The notes below the pieces were generated by a model. That model was given only the letters and a program-made list of their open reading frames with translations, made no database searches and was not told the origin of the DNA. A stretch of 64,000 nucleotides of DNA from Malacoraja senta (taxonomy: Eukaryota). Positions 34,985 to 46,817 of this stretch are shown piece after piece; position 1 is the stretch's first letter, and each line of letters opens with the position of its first letter. The position numbers were made by a program, and so were the translations under genes. The stretch lies in NCBI GenBank assembly GCA_038087875.1, contig CM075977.1, positions 52,824,001 to 52,888,000 on the forward strand, in the 5' to 3' direction.

Positions 34985-35233
34985 AGGGCCTGTCCCACTT
35001 TCACGACCTAATTCACGACCTTTTTTACTGGTGGACATTTTTCATCAGGCTAGAAAAACGCCCCCACCCTACTTGATTCCACGAGTACCTACGACTAGCA
35101 TCACAACCTGCCTATGACCTACCTACGACCTCCTACGACCTCTTACGACCTCGTGACGACCATGCTGCGAGTATGAGTCAAGGGCAAACTCGGCAGAGGT
35201 TGTGAATTAGGTTGTGAAAGTGGGACAGGCCCT
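34985..35233. mobile_element. PIF/Harbinger-like MITE
   Basis: AGGGCCTGTCCCACTTTCACGACCTAATTCAC...GTGAATTAGGTTGTGAAAGTGGGACAGGCCCT; flanks TTA/TAA; right part similar to 16810-16918. Confidence 0.85.
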
Positions 35234-35659
35234 TAACACAGCTATGGACTCAGTCAAGTTTCATCAGCTCTCAAAATCATTGTCGGAGCAAACCGAAACT
35301 TCCCATCTTCCTTTCAAAGTAGTTATTCCCTATTTTAAATGAAATGTCCCACGGATATATGTAATTAAATAGCAATTATAATATTGAGATAGACCCAAGC
35401 ACGCATGTTTGATGTTTATTCCTTCCACTTCAGTTTTCCTAAATCAATTTGCCCCCCTTGCCCAAGCTCTTTAATCCAAATAATTGTTGCAATCATTACA
35501 GATTGTTCAAATGAAGAGGCAACCACAACCTCAATGGTACAAATGGTCTCCTCTGCATCTCTTCAAAAAACTCATAATTATTACTTGTTTGTGTTTCTTA
35601 ATGAAATTGCAAACTTACCATTCACATAGAATACATAGGGTTAGAGTCAGAAACTATAC

Positions 35660-37656
35660 AGGCCCTTCCCTGAAAAACAATCTTCACAAATACCAGGAAG
35701 CAGTAAAATCTGCAAGAACAAAATATTTTTCCACCCTTATCTCCAAAAACGCTCCTAATTCCAAGGTCCTTTTTAGCACCATCACCTCCATCATCTGTCC
35801 TGCCCCCAGCACCAGCTTAACTGGGTCCCCTGCTAAGTGCGAGGAATTTACTACATTTTTCACCAGCAAGGTAGAGAACATAAGAACGAATATTTCCCCT
35901 CCCACCCGTGACCTGGCTGTCTCATTGGTCTGTTCTTCAAAATTAGATTGTTTCCAACCCGTTACTCTACCCTCCCTTGTAAAACTGATCACCACCATGA
36001 AACCTACTACCTGCCCCCTCGACACTGTCCCCTCTGCCCTCCTAAAGGACGTCATTACAGTAGCCGGTCCCAGCATCCTCGCCATCTTCATCAGTTCTCT
36101 GGCCACTGGCACTGTACCTACCTGCTACAAGCATGCGGTGGTCCAGCCACTCCTGAAAAAAACTAACCTTGACCCCACCTTGCCAAGCAACTACAGACCC
36201 ATTTCTAAACTGCCTTTCCTCTCAAAAGCCCTTGAAAAGGTAATTTTAAGTCAACTTATGCCTTACCTTCACCAAAATACGATCTTGGAAACTTTCCAAT
36301 CAGGTTTCAGGGCTCACCACAGCACAGAGTCTGCCTTGTTGAAGGTACACATTGACCTACTGCTCACCGTTGACTCCGGCGACTGTGCAATCCTGCTCCT
36401 TCTTGACCTCAGCGCAGCATTTGATACTGTTGACCACACCATCCTAATTGACGGTCTCCGGTACGAGGTTGGTATTGATGGCACTGCCCTGAGCTGGTTC
36501 ATCTCCTACCTCAAAGGTAGGAGTTTCTCGACTAACATAGGCAACTCTTTCTCCTCCCCAGCTAGTCTCTGCTGTGGGGTTCCACAAGGTTCCACAAGGT
36601 TCCATCCTTGGCCCCATTCTCTTCTCCCTGTATATGCTCCCCTTAGGCCAAGTCATTGAAAGGCACGGCATTTCCTTCCATTGCTACGCAGACGATACAC
36701 AACTCTATCTCCCCCTGAAGCCCAAAAAACAATCAAATCTGCTTAATCTTACCCGCTGCCTTGAGGGTATAAAGTGTTGGATGGCCCAGAACTTCCTTCA
36801 ACTAAACGAGAGTAATTCTGAGGTCATCCTTCTCGGCCCCTCGGACTCAATCAAAATGATAGCAGGCAGCCTTGGAAGCCTTACCCCACTACTCAAACCT
36901 CACGTCAAAAACCTTGGCGTGATATTTGACTCAGCACTGAAATTTGACAAACAAGTCAATGCCGTGGTAAACGCAAGCTTCTTTCAGCTTCGGACGATAG
37001 CTAAAATAAAACAATTCCTCCAGTTTGATGACCTCGAAAAGATCATTCACACATTTATCTCCTCCCGCCTAGATTACTGCAACTCCCTTTACACTGGCAT
37101 CAGCCAATCTTCCCTGTCCCGCCTGCAACTGGTCCAAAACGCCGCAGCGAGACTCCTGACGGGCACCCGAAAAAGGGACCACATCACCCCAATCCTGGCC
37201 ACTCTCCACTGGTTCCCTGTGCGGTTCCTAATAAATTTCAAGATCCTCCTCTATGTCTACAAAGCCCTCAATGGGCCTGCCCCCATCTGCATTAAAAGTC
37301 TTCTCACCCACCACTCCACCTCCAGGTCCCTCAGATCGGCCAACTTGGGGTTGCTGAATATCCCGCGGTCTAGGCATAAACTCAGGGGCGACCGCGCCTT
37401 TGCGGTTGCAGCTCCTAGACTGTGGAACAGCATCCCTCTTCCCATCAGAACTGCCCCCTCCATCGACTCCTTTAAGTCTAGACTAAAAACATCTGTACTC
37501 CCAAGCTTATCTTGACGTCCTCTGAGTGAGGGCTATATGTATATATGTATGTAGTTTGTTTGTTTATACTATTCTTATAACAAATGTAAAGCACTTTGGC
37601 CAACGAGAGTTGTTTTTTAAATGTGCTATATAAATAAATGTGACTTGACTTGACTT
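35660..37656 (+). mobile_element. L2-clade LINE, 5'-truncated, near-intact RT ORF2 with one frameshift
   Basis: ORFs 35484-36659 and 36574-37515: NYRPISKLPFLSKALEK, FQSGFRAHHSTESAL, LLDLSAAFDTVDH, GVPQGSILGP, YADDTQLY, SRLDYCNSL, QNAAARLL; tail aataaatgtgacttgacttgactt. Confidence 0.92.
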
Positions 37657-37867
37657 CCTCCCGCTCATCCATGCTGACTAGTTTGCCTAACTTAGCTACT
37701 TCTATGCCTGCACCTGGCCGATATCCCTCCAAACCTTTAGTACCCATATAGGACTATCATTCATCATCCAAGTGATGAGTGTTTGACGGCACTGGAGTTT
37801 AGAAGGATGAGGCAGGACCTCCGGCGAGACCTGAGTGAAACAGTTGCCCCTCAGGTTCTCATTAAAC

Positions 37868-38510
37868 CAAGAGGGGAACTCGCTATCAAAACATGGAGGG
37901 GACGGGGACACAAGTTTTCGGCGGCCGCGTGCGCATGCGCGCACTCACACACACGCGCGAAGCTTCGGAGGCTCAATCCAGCGCTAAATGCAGCTCAACT
38001 CTGCCTGTCTCACCGGGTTAACTACAGCTCTGGCTGGACTGATGGGACACCAGCGCTGCTTCTCCGCGCTGGCCATATTTCCCACAAGTCCAGGCAGGTT
38101 CACCTGGCGGGACAGGCAGAGTTGAGCTGGGTTTAGTGCTGTTTCTCTGCGCTGGCTGTGGGCCTGGGGGTACAGCTCGCGTCTGACTGCCGACCTCTCT
38201 GGCCACCCGTGGGGGGGGGGCACTTGGGACAGCGCCGGAGAGCCGGCTGGGATCGATCCTGCCTGCGGATGAGGCGCAGGTCTGTGCCACGTCTCCCTCC
38301 TCCAATCGCCACGCTCTATCCTCAGTCCCCCCCACTTCTCCCTCCTCCAATCATCACGCCCTCGATCAGCAGTCCCACCCCAACTGTCTCGCGGAAAGCG
38401 GAGATTTTAAAATACGGATCACAAAAACTTGGGGGGGACGTCCCCCACCTCTCAAAACATGGGGGGGACATGTCCCCTCTGCCCCCCCCCCCCCGGGTTT
38501 TCCGCCCCTG
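37868..38510. mobile_element. hAT-like non-autonomous element (same ends as 26251-27193)
   Basis: Ends GGTTTTCCGCCCCTG; exact 8-bp TSD CATTAAAC (37860-37867, 38511-38518); inserted in a CR1 remnant. Confidence 0.85.
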
Positions 38511-38518
38511 CATTAAAC

Positions 38519-39282
38519 CTTGCCTCTCTCACCTTAAACCTAATCTTCTGGTTCTTGATTATCCCACTCTGTGTAAAAGACTCTGTGCTTCCAACCTATC
38601 TATTCCTCCCATGATTTATATGCCTCTATAAGATCACCCCTCAGTCTTGTGTGCTCGAAGGAATAAAGTCCTAGCCTGTTCAACCCCTCCCTATAGCTCA
38701 GGCCCTCTTGTCCTGGCAACATCCTCGTAAATCTTCTCTGCATTCTTTCCAGCTTAATTTCACCCTTCCTGTAGGAGGGTGACCAAAACTGAACACGGTA
38801 CTTCCAATACGATATGATACGTTAGAAGTTTATTTATCCCATGAGGGGATTTGATTTGCCAACAGACATAAAACACAAGATAAATGAAACATGAAGTTAA
38901 AGAGATGAATGGAAAGGATTGGGGATGTGCAAAGATTGGGGAAGGGGAGTCAGTCTACCCCGCGACAGAAGGGTGAGGAGTTGTACAGTTTGATAGCCAC
39001 AAGGGAAAAGGATCTCCTGTGGCGTTCTGAACTGCATCTTGGTGGAACCATTCTGTTACTGAAGGTACAGACTCGGCTTCAAATTAGGCTTCACCAATGT
39101 CTTGTAAAAGTGCAGTGTAACGTCCCAACCTCTCTACTCAATACCCTGATTGAAGACCAATGTATCAAAATACTTTTTTACCACCATATCTACCAGTGAC
39201 ACCACTTTCAGGGAACTAAATACCTGTATTCCTAGATCCCTCTGCTCTACAACAATCCCTAGGGCCCTGCCATTCACTATGC
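38519..39282 (-). mobile_element. CR1-type LINE remnant interrupted by a Rex1-like tail fragment (about 38805-39065)
   Basis: Colinear with 59700-60190; insert begins atacgatatgatacgttagaagtttatttatccc. Confidence 0.7.
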
Positions 39283-39603
39283 ATAGTCATGACCTTATTG
39301 AATGGTGTAAAGGCGAGGGGCTGAATAGTCTATTCTGTAATATGTTTTTTGATGTTCTCTTTGTTCTATATGTTGAATAAATCAAGCCTACTGTCACTTT
39401 TACATGTTGGCACCTTTTCAACCGCAATCAACGGCTCTATTCATACATTTCCACAGGCTCTCAACTTTCTGTACAAATAGGTTACGCAACCGCAAAAGCA
39501 AAATGCAGCAGATTTCCAAGATTGGAAATAAAAACAGAAGGTATTGGAGTAACTCATCAGTTACGATGGTATCTGTGGAAAATCAACTTGCACTGTGATC
39601 TCC

Positions 39604-39770
39604 ATAGAAACATAGAAAATAAGTGCAGGAGTAGGCCATTCGGCCCTTCGAGCCAGCATCACCATTCAATATGATCATGGCTGATCATCTAAAATCTGTA
39701 TCCCGTTCTGGCTTTTTTCCCCATATCCCTTGATTCCCTTAGCCCTAAGAGCTAAATCTAACCCTCTTGA
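39604..39770 (-). mobile_element. CR1-type 3' tail
   Basis: catagaaacatagaaaataagtgcaggagtaggccattcggcccttcgagcc. Confidence 0.85.
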
Positions 39771-40624
39771 AATGTCATTGCATCATTCTCACCTGACTTG
39801 TCTCTTCAAAACTCCCCCCCCCCCCCCCTCCATATTGACATGGTGGAGAACTATCATGCTTGTCTTTGATTTTGCACAGCACTTTTTAAAGATCTAAAAT
39901 TTTGTGGCAGTTAAATATTGTGACAAGTGATACCAGTTTTTTTCCATCCTCGGTATACTTTTATGATCAATAAAATATCCTAGCGGACCAAGCAAACTTT
40001 ATGAACACAAACCGCTTTCCCCTAACGCACATAAAGCTCTGTCCAGCTCCCCCAATATATATCTGCCTGGAAATGGCAATAAATGTTATATGTAGGGGCA
40101 CTGACTGAGAAAATTGAATGCCTGGTAATACGAAAAAAAACGTTCCAGCTGCGAAGAAGGGGAGGAGACCCAATAAAATTAATAGTCGTTTCAAAGATCC
40201 AGTTCATTGAGCTCTTCCCAAGGACAGTTACTTGCAACAAAATCTTTTTCAGCAACAGATTTTCTGATAACGTTTCACAAATGAATACGCTGAGGAATGA
40301 CGCATGTTGTATTTACTCGTCTGAGGGTGATCTTTTACCAGAATGATCTGGAGAGCAACAGAGCAGATCTTGATTGTTTTTCAGCTTGTTTGCCAAAGTG
40401 GAAGACGCCAGTTTGTGATTTCATTCACCCTTTGCTCTCGGCCAATACCACCTCCACAAATCCCTACTCAGCACATCTCTTGCACTCAAAGTATCTCACA
40501 CTCCCCCCTTCGCTCAGACCCCTCTCAGCTCCCTCTCCCTTCTCGATGCCTACTTTAGAGTTTGCTGAACAAAAGGGGAAAGTTATGTCATTCTTGTTGC
40601 TACAGGCGAAAAGAGCGTGCATTG

Positions 40625-41155
40625 GTTTAGTTTAGTTTAGTTTATTGCTGTCATGTTTATTGAGGTTCAGCGAAAAGCTAACTGGGTGTGCGCTATCCAG
40701 TCAGTGAAAAGACTATACATGATTGCAATTAAGCCATCCACTGTGGGCAGATACAGGATAAAGGGAATAATATTTAGTGTAAGATAAAATCCAGTAGATC
40801 CCGATTAAAGATAGTGCAAGGGTTTCCAATGATGTAAATGGTAGGTCAGGACCACTCTAGTTGGAGATAGGGTGGTTCAGCTGCCTGATAACAGCTGAGA
40901 AGAAACTGTCTCTGAATTTGGACGTGTTTTCACACTTCTGTACCTCTTGCTTGATGAGAGAGGGGAGAAGAAGAAGTGACTGGGATGAGACTTCCTTGAT
41001 TATGTTGGTGGCCTTGCCAAGACAGCGTAAACTGTAGATGGAGTCAATGCAAGAAAGGTTGGTTCGCGTGATGGTCTCGGCTGTGTCCACAACTCTCTGC
41101 AATTTATTTTGTACTTGGATGGAGCTGTTCCTGAACCATGCTGCTATGGTACATC
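40625..41155 (-). mobile_element. Rex1/Babar-type LINE 3' end
   Basis: QRVVDTAETITRTNL..IDSIYSLRCL.KA..II...TSKFRDSFFSAVIRQLN. Confidence 0.8.
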
Positions 41156-41334
41156 TTTGGAAACTGGAGCACCCAGAGAAAACTCATGCGATCACAGGGA
41201 GAACGTACAAACTCTGTACAGAGTGCACCCGTAGTCAGGTTCAAACCCGTGTCACTGGTGCTGTAAGGCAGCAACTCTACCATTGGACCACTGTGCCGCC
41301 CTTTACTTTTACACTGTGCATAACATTCCTTTCA

Positions 41335-41640
41335 TTGAAGGTCCCACAAATAAACATGAAACAAATAAAATATGGTCATTGTTTTGTGGTATAAGTTGAA
41401 GAATAATTATTGGCCAAATGTACTAGGAGGTTTACCCTGTTTATTTTAATATTGTCAAGAATGCAATTATTTTAAGCTACCAGGATAGAAGTAGCAATAG
41501 TGTGACATAGAATCTGAAAATCAGACATCTGACATGAAGCACCCTCAAACATCTGATGTGTGATCTAGATGGAATCAGACCATCAAACATGTGATGTTTG
41601 TCAGTCTCTGAGTTCAAAGATCACCTCCTGGAGTGGGTTC
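41335..41640 (-). mobile_element. Ancient Deu-domain SINE relic (SacSINE1/AmnSINE1-like)
   Basis: Degenerate resemblance to the Deu-SINE body as I recall it (aaggtcccacaaa...aattattggcca...ctggagtggg); not aligned. Confidence 0.35.
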
Positions 41641-41964
41641 TTGGGAGCAGTGTTCCTTCAGGAAACCAAGTGATCTGCTTTTAAATTGTAGGCCTTTCTT
41701 CCTGATCTGTGTTGGACACTTCCTCTCTTGAACAAGGTTGCTTAGCTCAGGGGACTATGTTGTGAGCTGTATTCAACCTCTACCAGGCTGTCCTCATCAT
41801 TGGTTCAGCTTTGACCCAAAGACTCATCTTTGGGTCAAAGTGACTGGCTGTTCAGTCCAGGACTTGCTTGGATAGCAGGTCCCACCTGCGGACTTGTTTT
41901 GAGAGCTGGGAAAGTTGTAAGTTTGACATTCTGAACTATTCAAAAACTTTTAAGCATACAATTA

Positions 41965-42280
41965 GGAGTGGCATAGCGGTAGAGCTGCTGCGTTACAGTG
42001 CCAGAGACCTGGGTTCAATCCTGACTAGGCGTGCTGTCTGTACGGAGTTTGTACGATCTCCTCATGACCGCGTGGATTTTTCCCAGGTGCTCCGGTTTCC
42101 TCCCACACTCTAACGACGTGCAGGTTTGCAGCTTAATTGGCTTTGGTAACAAATCTAAATTGTCCCTAGTGCATAGGATAGTGCTAGTGTACGGGATTGC
42201 TGGCCGGCATGGACTCAGTGGGCTGAAGGGCCTGGTTCCGCACTTTATCTGTAAACTAAACTAAACTAAACTAAACTAAA
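41965..42280 (+). mobile_element. V-SINE/HE1-like SINE
   Basis: Full-length with (CTAAA)5 tail. Confidence 0.85.
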
Positions 42281-42449
42281 ATCTGGATCACAGTGATCCT
42301 TGGGTTCTGGAGTGCAACAAGTATACATTTCTACCTCGGGGATCTTCTAAACTGACACCGAAGTTGTGGCTGGAAAGCCGGAATTAGGTCTTATAAAGTC
42401 TACACCACTTTTCTCAAGATAGCCTTAGAAGAGTTGTGATGCACAGACT

Positions 42450-42710
42450 CTTCTAATTTGAGGAAGGACATTCTTGCTATTGAGGGAGTGCAGAGTAGGT
42501 TTTTCACACAGAGAGCAGTGGAGGCCAGTTCTCTGGATGCTTTCAAGAGAGAGCTAGATAGGGCTCTTAAAGATAGCAGAGTCAGGGGATATGGGGAGAA
42601 GGCAGGAACGGGGTACTGATTGCGGATGATCAGCCATGATCACATTGAATGGCGGTGCTGGCTCGAAGGGCCGAATGGCCTACTCCTGCACCTATTGTCT
42701 ATTGTCTATC
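42450..42710 (+). mobile_element. CR1-type 3' end with internal deletion
   Basis: Matches 44400-44450 joined directly to the 44690-44930 region. Confidence 0.75.
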
Positions 42711-43039
42711 AGAAAGAATTCCAGGTTCAACAAGTATCCAGTGAAGAAATGGCATTGATGCTGATTTCACTGATGGTGCAACCTCTGGGTTGATGAGGAA
42801 CACCAGCTGGAGGTTCTGTTCCTGAATGCTGATCAGAACTTGAATTGTGTGCAGAGAACTGGACAAGCCTTAAGTGCAATGGCCACACAGCTGAATTCAA
42901 CATCACAATGGGCAGAAGGCAACCTGTATCCATGGAAATGAAACGGTTGATGCAATGAAACAATGTGAAATAAGACTGCAGCCAAGTAAGAATTTCACTG
43001 TTCTGGTCCCTATCAGGTGCATAGGACAAATAAATAAAT

Positions 43040-43220
43040 GTGTAGGATGGCACTGCAGATGCTGGTTTACACCGAAGACAGACACAAAATGCTGGAGTAA
43101 TTCAACAGGACAGGCAGCATCTCTGGAGAGAAGGAATGGGTGCCGTTTTGGGCCTCAACCTTCTCACCAGAGATACTACCTGTCCCGATGAGTTACTCCA
43201 GCATTTTGTGTCTATTTTCG
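43040..43220. mobile_element. Penelope pLTR-derived fold-back element
   Basis: gacacaaaatgctggagtaa ... ttactccagcattttgtgtc inverted arms. Confidence 0.75.
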
Positions 43221-43694
43221 ACAAATCTGTACACTGTGGACGGCTTAATTGTAATCATGTATTGTCTTTCCACTGGTGAGCACGCAAGAAAAGCTCGGTA
43301 CACGTGACAATAAGCTAAACTCAAACTCACTCTTGATGAGCAAAATGGAGACAAGCGGAAGGGAAAAAATATCATCTGTCATCTATCTGCATAAAATGGT
43401 TAGTCACCATGGTTTGCCATGGAGAATTGGAGAAAATTGTGAAACAAAAAAGTGGGTGTATGATATACGTCAGGTGAACAATTCGAGCGAGAACCTGGCT
43501 GAATATAGTAAGCTGACAGGGAGGTGTGAAGGGAAGGAAAATGACAGGCAAAGAGAAAATATGAGAATAGCAAGGCAGTTAACATAAATCTTTGATAAGC
43601 ATCTGGATGTGAATACTAAGCAGTAGTAAGAGAAGGGATTAGACCGATTAGTGACCAAATCTATGAACGGATATGGAGGGCTGGAATACTTAAT

Positions 43695-43980
43695 TTAGTT
43701 GAGAGATACAGCGTGAAAACAGACCCTCCAGCCCACCGAGTCTGCGCCAACCAACGATCACCCATACAACTAGTTCTATCCTACACACTAGGGACAATTT
43801 GCAGAAGCCAATTAACCCTCAAATCCTTGGAATGTGGGAGGAAACCGGAGCTCCCAGAGAAAAACCAGACAGTCCCAGGGAGAACGTACAAACTCCTTTC
43901 AGACAGCACCTCTACTCATGATCGAACTTGGATCTCTGGCACTATAATAAATCAACTCTACTGCTGCACCCTGTGCTGAC
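43695..43980 (-). mobile_element. V-SINE/HE1-like SINE
   Basis: Reverse copy. Confidence 0.75.
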
Positions 43981-44239
43981 CTTAATCAAAGAGTCAAACA
44001 GGTGCTTTGGCCTAACTCATCCATGCTGACCAAAATGCTACATCTAAGCTAGTCCCATTTGCCTGCGTTTGGTCCATATCACTCTAAATATTTTCTATCC
44101 GTGTACTTGTCCAAGTGTCTTATAAGTGGTGTTATAGTACTTGCCTCAACTACCTCCTCTGGCAGCTCGTTCCATATACCCACCACCCGCTGAGTGAAAA
44201 AAGCTGTCCCACAGGTTCCTATTAAATGTTGTCACCTTC

Positions 44240-44933
44240 AATGAAAGTAAGCATGCAGGTACAGCAGGCAGTGAAGATAGATAATGGCATGTTGGCCTTC
44301 ATAATGAGAGGATTTGAGTATCGGAGGAAATAGGTCCTTCTGCAGTTGTACAGGGCCCTGGTGAGACCACACCTGGAGTATTTTGTGCAGTTTTGGTCCC
44401 CTAATTTGAGGAAGGACATTCTTGCTATTGAGGGAGTGCAGCGTAGGTTAACAAGGTTAATTCCCAGGATGGCGGGACTGTCATATGATGAAAGAATGGA
44501 ACGACTGGGCTTGTATGCACTGGAATTTAGGAGGATGAGAGGGGATCTTGTAGAAACATATACAATTATTAACGGATTGGACTCGCTAGATGAAGGAAAC
44601 ATGTTCCCGATGTTGGGGGAGTCCAGAACCAGGGGCCACAGTTTAAGAATAAGGGGTAGGCCATTTAGAATGGAGATGAGGCAACATTTTTTCACCCAGA
44701 GAGTTGTGAATATGTGGAATTCTCTGCCTCAGAAGGCAGTGGAGGCTGACTCACTGGATGCATTCAAAAGAGTTAGATGGAGCTCTTAGGGCTAGGGGAA
44801 TCAAGGGATGTGGAGAGAAGGCAGGAACGGAGTACTGATTGTGCATGATCAGCCATGATCACATTGAATGGAGATGCTGGCTCGAAGGGCCGAATGGCCT
44901 ACTCCTGCACCTATTTTCTGTGTATCTATGTAT
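44240..44933 (+). mobile_element. Young CR1-type LINE 3' portion nested in an older reverse CR1
   Basis: ORF 44346-44789 YRALVRPHLEY.VQFWSP...EGVQRRLTRLIP...TRGHSLRI...FFTQRVVNMWNSLP; flanks 44000-44240 and 44934-45115 rejoin as a minus-strand CR1 tail. Confidence 0.9.
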
Positions 44934-45261
44934 CTTCACCATAAATCTATGTCCTCTAGTTCTTGATTCCCTTACCCTGGTAAAAAAAATCTCTGTTCAT
45001 TCACCGTTTCTATTCCCCTCATGATTTTATATACCTCTATAAGATCGCCCTTCAGCCTTCTGCACTCCAAGGATTAAAGTCCTAGCCTGCCTAACCTTTC
45101 CCTATAGCTCAGGTCTTGTACCATTGCTGCACCAACCTTTACCAAGGACGAGGATGCTGTCAATATCTCGGTAGAAACAGGGCTAATGGAGCTCATAAAA
45201 GTGTTGTAAGTTGATAATGAGGCAGTGTTAAATCATCTGGCTCTTCTTAAAGGAAGTAAAC

Positions 45262-45352
45262 CATCTGCTGCAGATGGGATGCTACATACATTGCTGAGGA
45301 TGGGATGCTCCCTACATCTGCTGCGGATGGGATGCTCCCTACATTGCTGAGG
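45262..45352. repeat. About 25-bp tandem repeat (3-4 units) inside a decayed CR1 RT fragment
   Basis: cat(c)tgctg(c/a)ggatgggatgctcccta units. Confidence 0.6.
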
Positions 45353-45573
45353 AAGGTCGAGGGTGGAGATTATAAAAGGATTTGTCATGAGCTTGAAAAT
45401 GTCCTTGGATACAGTGGAGGTGCCAGAGGACAGGGAAATGCAAGACATTATACAATTGCTGGCAAAAGGGTAGGAAAATGCCATGGCAGGCCACAAAACT
45501 ATAAGCCTGCCAGTTGTGTGATTCTGTAGTGGTAACTAATTGTGTATATTTGGTGCTTAGAGAAGCTATGGGT

Positions 45574-45906
45574 AATCATGTGGTGCAACACAATTGTAAA
45601 AGCTAATTCGTGACTGGGCGAGGGATGGTCAAGATTATAAATAAGATCTTCTTTTTTTTCTTCTTTTTCTTTCTTTTTCTTCTTTTATTTTATTTTTTCT
45701 ATTTTCTATTTCTTAATTTTCTTCTTTCACTCTCTATTTTTCTTTTTCACACACTATATATCTCACATTTTTCTATTTTTCATTATCTAACTTCTTTTTC
45801 TTGTTCTCCTTTATTATAAAAATAAGAAGCTGTACATAATATGCATTATGAAAATATGATTGTATACAATTGTACTTACTTCTAATAAAATAAAAAATAT
45901 AAAAAA
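45574..45906 (+). mobile_element. Poly(A)-tailed retro-insertion (L1-type 3' UTR) with 15-bp TSD
   Basis: Exact AGAGAAGCTATGGGT at 45559-45573 and 45907-45921; T-rich body, AATAAA, A-rich tail. Confidence 0.8.
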
Positions 45907-45917
45907 AGAGAAGCTAT

Positions 45918-46215
45918 GGGTGGCACAGTGGCACAGAAGTAGACTTGCTGCTTTACAGCACCAAAGACCTGGGTTCAATCCTGACTACAGGTGCTGTCTG
46001 TATGGAGTTTGCACGTTCTTCCTCTGACAACGTGAGTTTTCTCTGAGCGGTTTACTCCCACAATCCCAATACGTGCAGGTTTGTAGGTTAATTGGCTTCT
46101 GTAAATTGTCCCCAGTGTGTAGTATAGAACTGGTGTCTGTGTGGTTGCTGGTCGGTGTGCACTCAGTGGGCTGAAGGGCCTGTTTCCATGCTGTATCTCT
46201 GAACTAAACTAATTT
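45918..46215 (+). mobile_element. V-SINE/HE1-like SINE
   Basis: Full-length forward copy. Confidence 0.85.
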
Positions 46216-46627
46216 AAACAAATAGGCTTGGGTTGATGATGGAAAGCCTGCATGGTTCTGATAAAGGCCAATCATTTCTGATCACAAGACCGAAAGGTCT
46301 GGTGAAATAATGGAAGATGATGAAAGTGCATGATGCCAGGATAGATTTTCAGAAAGCACTTCCCACAAATTTGAGGCCCATGGAATAAAACCATCAGCAC
46401 AGTGGTGCAGCTGGAAGAGCTGCTGCCTCACAACATCAGAGACCCAGCTTCAATCCTGACCACAGCTGCTGTCTATGTTGTGTTTGCACGTTCTCCCCAT
46501 GACAATGTGCATTTTCTCCAGGTACTCTGGTTTCCTTCCACATCCCAAAAACATACCGATTTGTAGGTTAATTGGCCGCTGTAAAATTTTAAATGGCCCT
46601 GAATGTGGATGAGAAATGTAGGGTGAT

Positions 46628-46817
46628 ATACACAAAATGCTGGAGTAACCCCAGCGGGCCAGGCCACATATCTGAAGCAAAGTAAGAGGTGAGATTTTGG
46701 GTCGGAGCCCTTCTTCAGTCTGAAGATGCTCCAGAGATGCTTCCTGACATGCTGAGTTAGTCCGGCATTTTGTATCTATCTTCAGTAAAAAACAGCATCT
46801 GCAGTTCCTTCCTCCAC
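46628..46817. mobile_element. Penelope pLTR-derived fold-back element
   Basis: Arms meet at cccttcttcagtctgaaga, i.e. back-to-back ribozyme cores. Confidence 0.75.

Noticed and set aside
16918-34985. Inversion between two Harbinger-like MITEs suggested by mismatched flanks at 34985-35233
   Set aside because: The 16174-16918 element has a matching TAA TSD and its flanks rejoin into one pLTR, so the single mismatch is better explained by a point change.
41740-41830. Faint resemblance to an LF-SINE head
   Set aside because: Too short and degenerate to call by eye.
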